A stretch of DNA of 64,000 nucleotides, taken from NCBI GenBank assembly GCA_021613535.1, contig CP075496.1, positions 1,240,001-1,304,000 on the forward strand. Reading direction: 5' to 3'. The stretch is from Adineta vaga. Lineage: Eukaryota; Animalia; Rotifera. The notes beneath the pieces are model-generated. The model was not told the DNA's origin, searched no databases, and saw only the letters and a program-made list of their open reading frames with translations. The translations under genes and the position numbers were made by a program. This document shows, one piece after another, positions 51,740 to 64,000 of this stretch (positions are counted from its first letter, which is position 1; each line of letters starts with the position of its first letter).

Positions 51740-54226
51740 TTATTGTTGATTGAATTCAGTATTTGTTTGATTAACTGTTGAATCTTGTTCACTGTTATTC
51801 GATTGATTTAAGCAGATTTGATTAAAATCATTTGATGTATTGATCGTACTTTGTGATCTTTGTCTACGAGATGAACTCATCGGTGAATCAATTTCATTTG
51901 TTGTAGATATAGCTGTTGTTGACATCGAGCGAGTTCGATGTGAAGGAGATGATTCTAAAAATTCAGTTTTTATGAAATTCAATGAAAATCAAAGTATTTT
52001 TTACCTTCGGAAAGTCGATCAGACGAAGATTCTTCATCAAGTATTTGTTCAGGATTTGATTCGGAGTCTTGATCATCATTATCTTCTGTATTTAATGATG
52101 ATATTGGTTCAAGATGAGGTGAAGATGACGGTAAAGAAAGTGAAGAGATGATTTCAGACTCTGTCGTAGTTGCATTCGTAGATGGAGATGTTCGTCCATT
52201 CTCTTTTTGTTGATTTGTTTTAATTAATTTTCGACGTGGAGTATCAACAAGTAATGTCGAAGTATCTTCGGATGCCGGTCGTTTTGGAGTCTAAATATTT
52301 CATTCATGAGAAAATTCTTCTGCCTATGACAAAACTTGAATCATGTAACTACATAAATAAATTATTTATCGTGCAGTATAAACAGAAGCAGAAAAAGTAT
52401 CTGATTTGCTTAGAAATTCATCCGTTCTCATACAACTGTCAATATTTAGAGAACAGAACGAGATAGTTGACATATTATTTCATACTTTATTAAAAGAATT
52501 GTTTTCATGTCAATTATTTTATCTCGACATACTTTTAATCTATTGAAGAAAGTATGTCACTAGTCTTATCTACCTGACAGAGCAATTAAATGAAAACTCA
52601 GACGAGAAAAGAGCGCAATACTTTACCCGTACGGGTGTTGGACCATTTGAAATTGGGGTTAAAATATGTTCTTTACGTTCTAAAGGTGGTTTTCGTCTTA
52701 GAGGTGTAGTTGTCGATGATGATGTTGATGCTATTGTTGAAGTCATAGGTGATAAACCATCTAATTCTACTGTATCATCGGAACATACAGATGCCGTAGC
52801 TAAAACAAGAAAACAAATCTCAGAAAAGAAATTTTTTTTTGATTTCGTACATGATGACATTGAATAACTAAGTCTTTCTTTTTTCTTTTTAACAATACAA
52901 TCACTAAATGGTGGTCCAGGTGGATCAAGCATAACAGTTACACAAGTTATATTATCTGAGCGTAACATTCGTTCACGCCATAATGTTAATGCTTTTTGTA
53001 CAAGTTCATGCGATGGATTTCGAAATGGTCGATGATCATCATCCTAAATGAAACTATTTTTGTTTGTCTTACGAAAAACATCAAAAGCATACATCTGATT
53101 TTAGAATCATTTCTTCCGTTTTAACATCGCAATTTCGAACAATTTCTACTGCTGCTTCTGGTGTTATCATATTCCAAAGTCCATCACTTGCTAATATTAT
53201 ACAGCGATGTTTTGTTGAATCAATTTCAATCACCGTTAATTCAGGTTCTGGTGAAACTGAATATAAATTTGTATGTGCATTTAAACTCCATAAATCTCCG
53301 AGAGCTCTTGAAACAGCAAGAAATGGAATTTGTTCGTATTCGATTGTTGTTCCATTTGCAGTTGTTGCTGTTGTTGTCATTACTGAATGTTGATGTCGAT
53401 GACGATAGGAATGTGATGATGTTGTTGTACTAGACTTTTGTCGATTCCAAACAACACGATGAACACCAGCTTTACAAAGAACATTTCCTCCACTTTCACG
53501 AATACGTTTTAATTCTAATGGATCTTCTGGTTTATGATCACGTGTTAAACGATTTGCTGTCCAAGTCTTATATAATGCATCACCTTCACCTAGGACAATA
53601 GCAGAATCACCAACATGACCAATATATAATTTATTTCCACGAACAAAACAAACACTTGCTGTACAACCTAAAACAACAATTCTATTTTGTATTTATTTCA
53701 ATTTCGTCAATCAAACCAGAAGTGCTTGGTAATCCGGAAGATGTTTTAGCCCATTTGCTCACATGATTCCACATATCTTGATGACAAGCAAGAAAACCTT
53801 TTCGTATTGCTGATAGAATCATTTGATCATTTTCATTTTCATCGGAACTCTCTGGCCAAAATTCTACTTGTTCAAGAATATGTTGACATAAAGTTTGTCG
53901 AGCAAATTCAGCTGCTTCTTTTCCACCGTGACCATCAAATATACCAAAATAAGCGAGAGATATTGGACTTTCTTTATCCGATTGATTTAAACGTTGAAGT
54001 GCAATTGCATATGCATCCTCTATAAAAATTAATTAAGTTTTATTCTATCAGAAAAACATATATTTGTTTACCCATATATTTTCGACCACCTATCATATAA
54101 AAGAATATTTAGAAAAGATAAATTCATATTAATGAATAATTTACCTTGATTACTATTAGTTGTAATTCTTAAATTAACTTGAACACAATCGTTTAATTTG
54201 TTCGTCATAGTTGATCTAAATTTCAT
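51740..54226 (-). CDS. PPM1D: PP2C phosphatase PPM1D/Wip1
   Basis: QGGRKYMED, FDGHGG, WAKTSSGLPSTSGCTA, HVGDS, DHKPED, GVHRVVWNR, IPFLAVSRALGDLWS, LASDGLWN, RSDNIT; includes a ~19-nt microexon at ~54072-54090. Confidence 0.92.
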
Positions 54227-55086
54227 TGGAAAAATCAGTTCTTATTCCATTTTACTTGCTACCCTAACCGTGAAAATTATGTTCAGAAAAAATTCTCGAG
54301 ATTTGATTCTCTAGTCTTTGAACTTATTTTTTCATCTATTTATATTGATGTTGAATCACTCATTCATTAACGTTAACATCAGAAATAAGATATGAATAAC
54401 ACTTTAATGAAATGATTTGAGAGCAAAGTTTTCACCAATCATATAATTTCATTCGTTAACTCAATAATGCACTTTATAGACAACGATATTTTCTTATTGG
54501 TTAAACACTTTTCGTTGTGATAGTAATAGTAGGGACTAGGGGTTGGAGAGAGAATCTGATCTGAAAATCGAGATCTAAAAGCCAAATAATAGACCCCATT
54601 ATTATTATTATCGGTCGTATTGCCGATACCGGGAACATCTTGTTTTCATGTTCAAACAAAAGATCTAATCGAGCATATGATACCGCCTGTAATACGACGT
54701 AACAGAAATCATAGTATTTAATATGTCAGTTTGGAACTATCCTCCAGTTTGAATGGACGAGATGATCTAGAAGGGATCTTCATATTTGACATATTAGCAC
54801 ATCCTAGCACAATAGTTTTGCAATCTACTCTCATACACTTTATGTACGACTAATTGAGGTAAACAAGTACACCTTTTGAGAATCAACTATTATTTATATA
54901 GTCGAATATGAGTTTGAATTAAAACTTTAATATTCTTTATTACGATATCTCAAATAAATAACGTTATTTATTGTTTATTTCAATGAAAATAAGTTTATTT
55001 AAATATACATTTAAAACAGACAAATACTAGAAGAAGAGTATGAACGAAAAAAGTTTTTTCGTCAATTATAAAAAATGAAAAAATCA

Positions 55087-56680
55087 TTATTCATCTGTAT
55101 AATTCATCTTATAAGTATTCGAAAGAATATTTACAACATCGCTATGATTCAAAGTTTGACGATGCCAAATCCAATTCATGATGTAGGAATTTAAGAAATT
55201 TATGTAACTCAATGATATCCAGGTCAGACGATACAGTTCGAATACAGTCATTTGCGACAGCAGAGAAGACCGTATATTGGCTGCTCTGAATCCATACATA
55301 ACCGGATAGTAATCGCTTTGATCGACCTTAAAAAATTTAATTTTTAACAGTTGTACAATTGAAACAGTTTTCACTAAATATTCTCGAAAGATAATTAGCT
55401 GATACTTCTCTAGATTGAAAGATATACCAGAACTTGTTTTTGAAATACTTTTCGAGGAAATATTAAATTTTTTTGTTAGATAATATTTTTGATTCTGGAT
55501 TTCTTTTCGGTTCTGTTGTGCTTTTGTTAATTTCAGTCCACTACTTCGATCAATTATAGTAATAGAAAGAATATTGCTTCTCGTACGGTCACTGTCACTT
55601 GTAGAACTGTTCGATGATGAATTAATCATAACTTTCTCATTGTTGTCGCCAGATGGAAGTGTTTCTTCGAGAAATTATACTTTATCTAGAAAAAGAAGAC
55701 CAACATTTGCCTGGATTATTTGGCAAATTTGTTCTTTTTGAATTTAGAAAAGTTGAATCTATGTCAAACTGAAATCATCGGCCAATGGGTCTTTATAGGT
55801 ATTCCCTTAATATATATGTATACTTTCACATACCCTTTGCTTCAAAAGCCTAAATGTTTTAGTCTATACAATTATGAAACGATGGGTCTTTGTTTACTGT
55901 GCGGCATAGATACTATCCAGGGTGATGAATAAGGAGCCCTTATTCTTTCGTATTTTGAACTCGTTATTCTTAAACACTGTGGAGATCCACAGACCCGTGC
56001 TTTTAATCTGAAATCGATTCTTTTTTTTCTAATTACGGATAGAATTCAAACAGTCCATTGTATGTGTCGAATAAACAGATCTTGACCCACTTCATTTATT
56101 TAATAATTCAAGTAAATGCTCTTTCTTTTCCTTCACTCATGTACGTATTTAAAATTCTTTTAGAAACACAGCTGATCAATGATAACAATAACAAAATTAT
56201 GAGTAATTCGTCTTTACTGGATTCTCCAAGCGACAGCGTTTATCAGAGAAAAAGTATATTCATTATACTAGCAAAACTGATTAAAGTAATGTAACTTAAG
56301 TTAAGAACGCCCATTGAAGAAAAAATTGTCCGAGAAATAAAATATTATGTAATAGGAAGATGTATTATTTTCTGAAGAAACATTACAAAGTATATGCAGA
56401 TAAATCTTGAACTCTATTAAAATGTCATACATCTTCCAATCTTTTGTTGCTACCACTTAAATCAGTATGTAAAATTGACGAAAAAATGGAACAGCACTCT
56501 CCGAAATTTGTCCAATTCCAAACAGACATCCGTTCCTTTGACTTGAATTCTGAAAATGTCGTAATATTCTTTCCAACATATATGAAACTGTCTATTGTAA
56601 CCGTAGTTTATGCTCACATATTTTTGATAAAGCAAATTTCTTCTTGTTTGGAAAATAACCTAATACATGACGTGCCGTTA
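55087..56680 (-). pseudogene. Decayed coding-like sequence of unknown origin; 180-aa residual ORF at 55087-55629
   Basis: No clear introns, ORF remnants broken by stops, no recognisable family. Confidence 0.25.
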
Positions 56681-57439
56681 TAGGTGTGCATCATCTATCT
56701 ATCTTCTCTCCTTCTTTGATCTTTTACTCTACCATTTGCCCTTCTCTATTTGTTAGTGTTTATTATTACTAATAAAAATCTTATTTCATCTCACTTACAC
56801 TTCTATTCGTATTAGATTTTTTCTAGTATATTCAATTGAAAATCTAAATAAATTAAATGAGTAAAACGAAATAAATTCGATTGAAAGAAACTTGTGTTTG
56901 ATTTGATAATTAGACGAACTATGCCTATTTCTTTGATGACTGTTTCAATATAACGAACCTCTCTCTCATGTTAGAATGCATGCATACTAGTTGTTTACTT
57001 GGCAAAGTATATATATGAACGTACAGATGAATTTTCACATGTATGGTATATAGCGACATCTATATTTATTAATGAAAGATTTTATTAGTATCAAACAGGA
57101 TAAGAATTGAAGATGAACAAATTTTTAATAAATTCATCTTCGTGATGAAAATGTATGACAAGCGAGATGGATTTGTACCAATCCAAATGAAGAGGTATCT
57201 CAACATATAAGATGAGATGAGATGACTTCATCGTCATCGTTGTTCCCTCCTCTCATCTAAATCTAAAATCAGGCTAAATGTATTATGTTACTATTTCGGG
57301 ATCTTGTTTATTTTAGATTATGATGGACAATGAAGACAAAAGTTCGTTTGATAAGAACATGTTCCAACATGTAAATGATTTTTTTTTCTTATCTTTAATC
57401 AATATGTATTTATGTTATTTGATATATATTTATATATAG

Positions 57440-59431
57440 ATGTCTTCATCTCATTCTTCGTCGACATCTGATCAAGATGAAGTTCTAGCAAGACGAAAAC
57501 TTGAACAAAAACGTCGATTTCAACAAAAACAAGGCAATGCTCATACAGATGTCGATACATTGATGCAATCAATGTTTTCAAATTTAAAACTACAACAAAA
57601 ACAACCCTCAGGTAAGATTATTTTTGTTAGTTTTCTAATTTAAAATCTTCTTTTTCTTCTCTTTCAGAAACAAAAAGTTCAGTTTCACATATATCAGGTA
57701 TGTTGATCGCTTCTTTCGTTGGCAAAACATTATTTGAGTTTCAAATTAGAATTAAAACCCTCATCAGTGACACATCAATCTCAACACAATACATCCGCGC
57801 CTGGTGCAGCTGATTGGTCAAAATTTACATTTGATGATGAATTAAAAACAGTTTTTCATCAAGAAGAGCACATTCCAACTAATAGTTCAAAATTATCCTC
57901 CATAGTTCAACATTCCATTGAACAAACATTATCTTCTCCTACTTTTGGTAAATCTTCAATTCATTTTGAAAGAAATCAAAGAAATCTATTTCGTTTTCAG
58001 TTTATCCGTCTTGGTGTTTACAACCAGTTGTCTTTCTTCCACTCGTCTATCAACAAGTATTCGAAGCATCATGTGTTTCTGATATCATACAAACATCAGT
58101 TCTATATCCTATTCTTCTTCTATCTGGTCTTCGGCAAGATCAATTAAGTCAAATTTGGTCTCAAGTAAATTTAACTCAACCAGGAACATTATCTAAAGAA
58201 GAACTTTTTATGGCATTGGCACTAATTGCATTAGCACAGAACAGTAATGGTCAAATTTATTCAAATAATGATCTATATCATCTAACTGAAATACCCATAC
58301 CACAATTTCAAATTCAACAAGAACAGCCACAACTACAACCATCCTCTCCAACTCCACCTCCACCGCAACCAGTTTATCATCAAGAAGATTTTGCTGATTT
58401 TACATCTTTTAAACAAATTGAATCAACCGATGATAATACAACTGGTATAACTCTTCTTGATTTCGATGAAAATCATTTATATCCACCGGATATAAAAACT
58501 ACATCATCAGAAACACAATCTATTGCAAGTTTCGATTTACCTATGCCAATAACTAATACAAATTATCCAGATAATACTAGTCAAAAAGGAAATGGTGATA
58601 ATATATCTTTTACGTCGTCAACAAATACTAATGATGTTGCACCTGGAGTTGATACACAAAGTATACATTCGATACCTTCATCTGAACCTTCAAAACTCGG
58701 TAAATATACAACAAAACAATCACATCATAGAATAGCAAATGAAAAGAGATATTGAGAATTTTTACAATTTTTACTTACATTTGTGTTTGTTTTATTTTAG
58801 AATTAACTCAATTTTCAATTTTCTCTGATGATACTTCTCAAATTGATTCTCATCTAGCTGTTTGGTTACGTTGTTTTGAAAAATGTCGTGAAATTTTATC
58901 TGAAGCGAATGAAATCTTTTCGTCAATTGAAAGTCCAACACTATGTACCGAAGTATTACAACAGTCACGTGTACGTGATTATGTTCAACATCTACAAGAA
59001 ATTTTTCATGTTCACAAGCGAATTTACACCGCAGCTGTTCTAGAACCAACTACAACAAATCAATTAACATCGCTTTGGAAAGAAATTGTAGTTCTATGGA
59101 TGAATTTACAACCATTTTTTTCCACAGCTCATCTTCATCTAGTAAAAATAATTGTCATTTTCGAAAGATTCTCTACATATTATTGTTTTTCTTCTAGTTA
59201 AATGATGATGAAATTAATTATTCATCATTAATAATGAATGATACATCACCGTATTGTTCCATTTGTCTTCTTTCAACTGTTGGCCTTGATTCAGTATTAT
59301 CGATATCTTCGTCTTCATTATTCAATACTGCATGTTTAACATTTGCTGGGCGTTTATATCATGCACCTTGTGCCAATTTTTATTTGAATCTCATCGATGG
59401 AATTTTACCATCGTTAAGAAGATCATTATAA
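57440..59431 (+). CDS. SYNRG: Synergin-gamma-like AP-1 accessory protein
   Basis: EH-like SGLRQDQLSQIWSQVNLTQPGTLSKEELFMALALIA; EDFADF gamma-ear-binding motif; C-terminal CSICLL...YHAPCANFYLN. Confidence 0.85.
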
Positions 59432-59616
59432 GAATAGTTTTTTTTTCTTGCTTGTGTCCTTTTCCTCTTTTCTCTTCTTCTTCTTCTTCTTCTATGTACA
59501 GTGAACGTTTCTCTATTTTGTGTTGGATTACGGATATATTTATTATTTTCAAGTCACATTTTATTAGAAAGAAATCGATAATATAAGGAGAATCTTTTGT
59601 TTTCCGGATCTTTTAG

Positions 59617-60066
59617 ATGGCTGACGACGGAGATTATGATGATGGTGGTGGTGATATGGGTATGGATGATGAGATTGATGAAGACGAATACAATGAAGAT
59701 GATCAAGATCTCGATGGCGAACAAAATACCCAATCAGGTGGACAACAAATGCAAGGTGATGATCGAATGGAGATTCTCAATGAAGAAGATCTCGGTGGTG
59801 CACAACCAGGCATGCGAACTGATCCATCGAAACGAGTCACAACACCATACATGACAAAATATGAACGAGCACGTGTCTTAGGTACAAGAGCATTACAGAT
59901 TGCGATGTGTGCACCATTAATGGTAGAACCTGATGGTGAAACTGATCCATTACAAATTGCAATGCGAGAACTGAAAGAAAAGAAGATTCCAATGATCATT
60001 CGTCGATATTTACCTGATGGTAGTTTTGAAGATTGGAGTATTGATGAATTGGTTATAACAGACTAA
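59617..60066 (+). CDS. POLR2F: RNA polymerase I/II/III shared subunit RPB6 (RPABC2), intronless CDS
   Basis: Acidic N-terminus; [23 protein letters not shown]; [12 protein letters not shown]; [13 protein letters not shown]. Confidence 0.98.
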   Translation: MADDGDYDDGGGDMGMDDEIDEDEYNEDDQDLDGEQNTQSGGQQMQGDDRMEILNEEDLGGAQPGMRTDPSKRVTTPYMTKYERARVLGTRALQIAMCAPLMVEPDGETDPLQIAMRELKEKKIPMIIRRYLPDGSFEDWSIDELVITD

Positions 60067-60695
60067 TATCTGTTGTTTTTTTTGTTACTGTCTTTTGTTT
60101 ATATTTGATAAATCAAGAAATGAAATTCTTAAAGTCTATTTCTACGTGTTCAGCTACAAAGCAATGAAATTCTTGATTATTTCGAATTCATTGTTTGACT
60201 AGTCATGTAATACGACGAAAAGATTAAATGGTTTCTTTGTAATTACAATTGAAAATATGGTATTAATATAATAAATAGCAAGCATATGTACATGAAGGGA
60301 AAAAAAAGACTAAAATTTTCTGAGTCTACAGGTAACTTGACAATGTCATAGAACGCCCTCTATCCGTTTTGTATGATTTACACTGTCGAAAGTCAACGAA
60401 TCGAAAATGACTATTATTTAGTCTCAAATTATTACAAATGAAGAAATTTTATGCTTTTCGCCAAATATTAATGACAGAATGAAAATGTATTGAAATGAAG
60501 AATATATTTTGTCTATATATAATAGATAGTAATATATTATGATTCATTCTATTTCTATTCTTCCGACGATAACTTCATTCGAATGGATTGATTTATCGAG
60601 AATTTTCTTTTCTTTTTCTTTAGTTGTAAACTGACTATATGATAAATTATGTTAGACTATAATAATAATAATAATCGTTTCTTATTCTCTTTTAG

Positions 60696-61150
60696 ATGTC
60701 TGACGACTAAGATCATGATGATTGTTTTTCTTAGCTGAAAAAATTTTAAAACAAATCGAACGCAATGAAAACTCTTCATCTTTATTATTAACTCTTTGTG
60801 ATCAACGAATCACACTGAATGAAATAAGTCGAGCAGCTGTAATTACATTTGAAAATTTCATTAAACATAAATGGCCATCACTCGATGAATTATTGTTAGA
60901 AATTAAATTAGTTTTCGTAGAACTTGCACCAGCTTTTATAGAATTATTCAAAGTAAATAACTATATATCATTGTCTTTTTTTCATAATAATGAATTATTA
61001 TCCACGAAAAGAATCTAATCCAGTGGAAATGAAAAATATCTTCCATTCTTTACTTGTGATTTGTTAAAATCTTCTAATGATTTCGAAGAACATAACATTA
61101 TTTTATATCTTAGGAATTACCAAAGCATTTTGAAGATAATATCACAATTT
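60696..61150 (+). pseudogene. CSE1L: Internally deleted exportin-2 (CSE1L) pseudogene
   Basis: IBN_N block AEKILKQIERNEN...AAVITFENFIKHKW is fused directly to ELLLEIKLVF..LAPAFIELF, then ELPKHFEDNI (cf. QDLPEFFEDNM); splice sites retained; no downstream continuation. Confidence 0.7.
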
Positions 61151-61292
61151 ACATGATACATTTTGTGACACTTATATGGATGAAATTTTTTAACTCAGAT
61201 ATATATTTCTAATCTTGATGAATTCATATTTTTTTAATAAATAAAACAAAATTCATTTGATTATTTAAAATTTTTCTTTCAGATGAAATAAT

Positions 61293-62153
61293 ATGGCTCG
61301 ACATTCACCATCACATTTAAATCTTGACCCAATGAGTCGATCTCAATCAAGTTCATCAATTCGATCGAATTTAACAATTGATTCGAGTCGATCAACAACA
61401 AGTAGTCAAAAACGACGTGGACTTCTTGGTAAACTTGGTACTGGTGTTCAATCGATCTTTCGACGTTTCTCTCGATCACGAACAACATTAACTGAAATGC
61501 AAATTCAAATTCTATTAGCAATGACAAATTTTACTCGTGAAGAAGTTGTCAAATGGTAAATAGATATTTCTTTTAAGAAAGAAAAATTGCGAGTTCTATT
61601 TTGTTCATTTAGGCATGAAGATTTTATAACGAATTATCCAAATGGTTATATGACTCGGAAACAATTTGTTTCAATGTATAAATCTCTATGTCCAAAATCT
61701 GATCCGGAACGGTTTGCACGTCATATATTTCGTGCATTTGATCTTGATAGATCCAATACAGTTGATTTTCATGAATTTCTCGTTGGTTTATCAATGACAT
61801 CGACAACCAGTTCAATACGTGATAAACTTCAATGGATTTTTCATGTATTTGATATTGATGGAAATGGTATATTAACACGAAGGGAATGTTTAGAAATCAT
61901 TGAAATTTTTGTTCGATTTAATCAATCATTACAAGGTGATACATCAAATCCAAATAATGATCAATTGATCATTGCAGCCAAACGATCAATGATGAATATT
62001 TTTGATAATGTTGGAGATATTCATAATGATAAATTAACAATGTCACAATTTGTTGAAGGTTGTTTGAAAGATGATCTAATTTCACAATTATTAGAACCTG
62101 GATCAGCAACAACATTGACTAATACACATGATAATTCAACGGCTAGCACATGA
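61293..62153 (+). CDS. Neuronal calcium sensor (NCS/frequenin/KChIP-like) EF-hand protein; intron 61556-61612
   Basis: TNFTREEVVKW.EDFITNYPNG, FARHIFRAFDLDRSNTVDFHEF, KLQWIFHVFDIDGNGILTRRE, LTMSQFVEGC. Confidence 0.9.
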
Positions 62154-63076
62154 CATTTATTTAGAGCGTTTGCAGTGTTTAGTAGTTCAGATAGAATCTT
62201 CTTCCGTTTGTAAAATCTTTTCAAATAATTTATTGCTATTGATGCAAGTCTTCTTTTTTTTCTGTAAATTGATTGACAATAAATACACTGCACAGATCTT
62301 TTGATTAACAAATAAATTCTTACAGATGCAACACATTTACAAGATGAATAAACTTGATCGTCAGAGAGAAATTCTTGCCTTTGAATTATTAAAACTTTTA
62401 TTCATATGATTTACTGAAGTTTTCTTTTCGAATACGATTAGTAAATGTATGTAAATCTTCGTCGCTGTCATGTATGATTGGCAGACTAACGTCATAGAAT
62501 TAATGAACGATTTGACATCAAAGATGCAAAAGACGGTATGTATGGAAAAAGCAGTTTTGTTTTTATCTTCGAAATACTAGAAAGACACGCTTCAATCTTG
62601 TCTCTAAATGATGACTAATAGCACGTTCTGATAAGATAATTTTCGTATTTTGATATTCTTTGATCTGATAACCTTGGTACAAAAGAAAATCTTTGACATA
62701 TAAATAACATTGAATATTCCGATGAAAAGATAGGATTAATATCAACAAATAAACTTTATCAGATACACATTGATTTCTAAAATCAACATTCGAATCAAAG
62801 AATACTTTGATTGTATATATTTCTAATGATAGACAAGTAATCATCATTGCTAGTGTCAATCATGACAGAATGTTTATATAAATGTCTAATCATATGAATA
62901 GTTTGACAATGAAATCTATGCGTTAATTTCTTTGATTACTGATGAAAGGATAATATCACTCCATTTATTATTCAATGAATATAACAACAACAAAAAACGA
63001 TCAAAGTAGTGTAAGGATACAACCTTGTTCTTTTTTTCTCTTTAAATATGAATATGAATATGAAATATATAAATGA

Positions 63077-63736
63077 TTAATTTTTGTTATTATTCAAATA
63101 TTCAGTTGCTGATAGAGACAAGTACGGATAAAAATACGGCAATTGATCATTGCTATTGATTAATTTCGAAGGTTTTGAATAAGGGTGAAAACGTTGATGA
63201 TTGACGATTTTCGATAATCGATGATTTGATCGAATATGATCATGTTCTGATGAAAGTTTTCTATGACATGAATATGGTGGGAAATTATATTGAGCTGTAT
63301 GACATTGAAAACATCCAGGGATTGTACATATAGGTGGATATGAATATTGAGATGCAAGATAAGCAAGAGATGAATGAAGAAATAGATTAGTAAGTGATGA
63401 TGTGGAATCACATTGAGGTAAAAGATGATTGAATTCTTGAGGAGATTGTTTATTTGAAATCGATTGTGATGAAGGTGAAAAACGTTTTATCGATGAAGAT
63501 TTAGGTACATGAGAGGTAGGAGTCGGTGATGAAGAACGAATTAATGTCAATGGTGAATCTTTACCAATACTTGAACAAGTTTGAGCGAGTAGAGCTAATG
63601 GACTTTGACTTGGATCGTACTAATCAAAAGAAAATCAAAAGAATGTTTTTTTTTGTGATTATTTCAATGGTCTTACTGGGAGTATTGAAGATGGTTGAAT
63701 ATAATCTGATTTCGTTGGAGTTCTTGTTGAAGACAT
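63077..63736 (-). CDS. NET-family (noc/elbow/ZNF503/ZNF703) transcription factor, degenerate; intron ~63620-63676
   Basis: DYIQP...SPLALLAQTCSSIG (Sp motif), CTIPGCFQC (Btd-box-like), RFHPYSKP; TATAAATA ~100 bp upstream. Confidence 0.85.
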
Positions 63737-64000
63737 CTGTCTCTTTTTCCAATAATGATGATCGTTATGTTATGTATCTCTTGAATGTATATGAAAGCTT
63801 TTTCTTTTTTTCTGCTTCTTTCTCTCTGTTCTTTCTATTTATACATAGATAGAAAGAAGAGGCAAAGAACAGATTTGTATGCGTGATAAATGATGATCAT
63901 GTTTGCTATTCTCATGCGAATAAACGTACACTACAGCTTGACACATGTCAATTAGAAAAGGAAAACAACATTCGATGAATAATGACAATACTGATGGCAT

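Noticed and set aside
62563-62859. Hydrophobic 98-aa minus-strand ORF
   Set aside because: No motif or coherent exon structure; chance ORF or unassignable relic
1-64000. CRISPR arrays, rRNA/tRNA genes, autonomous transposase or RT genes, prokaryotic defence operons
   Set aside because: None seen. The window is eukaryotic and intron-rich, and its short repeats are microsatellites such as (TA)n ~3084, (AGAAG)n ~493 and (GAATC)n ~36992

Overview
AT-rich, gene-dense eukaryotic DNA with many ~45-60 nt GT-AG introns. The gene content (metazoan housekeeping genes, a plant-type PPR-DYW gene and a bacterial-type ycaC) points to a bdelloid rotifer; this taxon is an inference. About 26 intact or near-intact genes were resolved by splicing the ORF fragments by hand: two class A GPCRs, TEX2, cathepsin L, LRRC72-like, a degenerate HIBADH/GLYR1-fold protein, PA28gamma, three tandem 8-Cys secreted peptide genes (the middle one a chimera), DNAJA, two near-identical non-catalytic transferrin-receptor/NAALADase-like genes (each with a different 1-nt frameshift), a mitochondrion-targeted PLS-PPR-DYW deaminase, ycaC, CCDC14-like, a small orphan, a prodomain-less ADAM10/17-like protease, LEPROT, ICMT, Miro, PPM1D, synergin-gamma, RPB6, an NCS EF-hand protein and a degenerate NET (noc/ZNF503) factor. 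Non-coding or decayed features include internally deleted PPR-DYW and CSE1L pseudogenes, a foldback element, a MITE with a collapsed copy, a perfect heat-shock element and a recurrent CTCF-like motif. Four same-strand gene pairs are so closely spaced that they look like SL-trans-spliced operons. Family assignments come from remembered motifs, not database searches.
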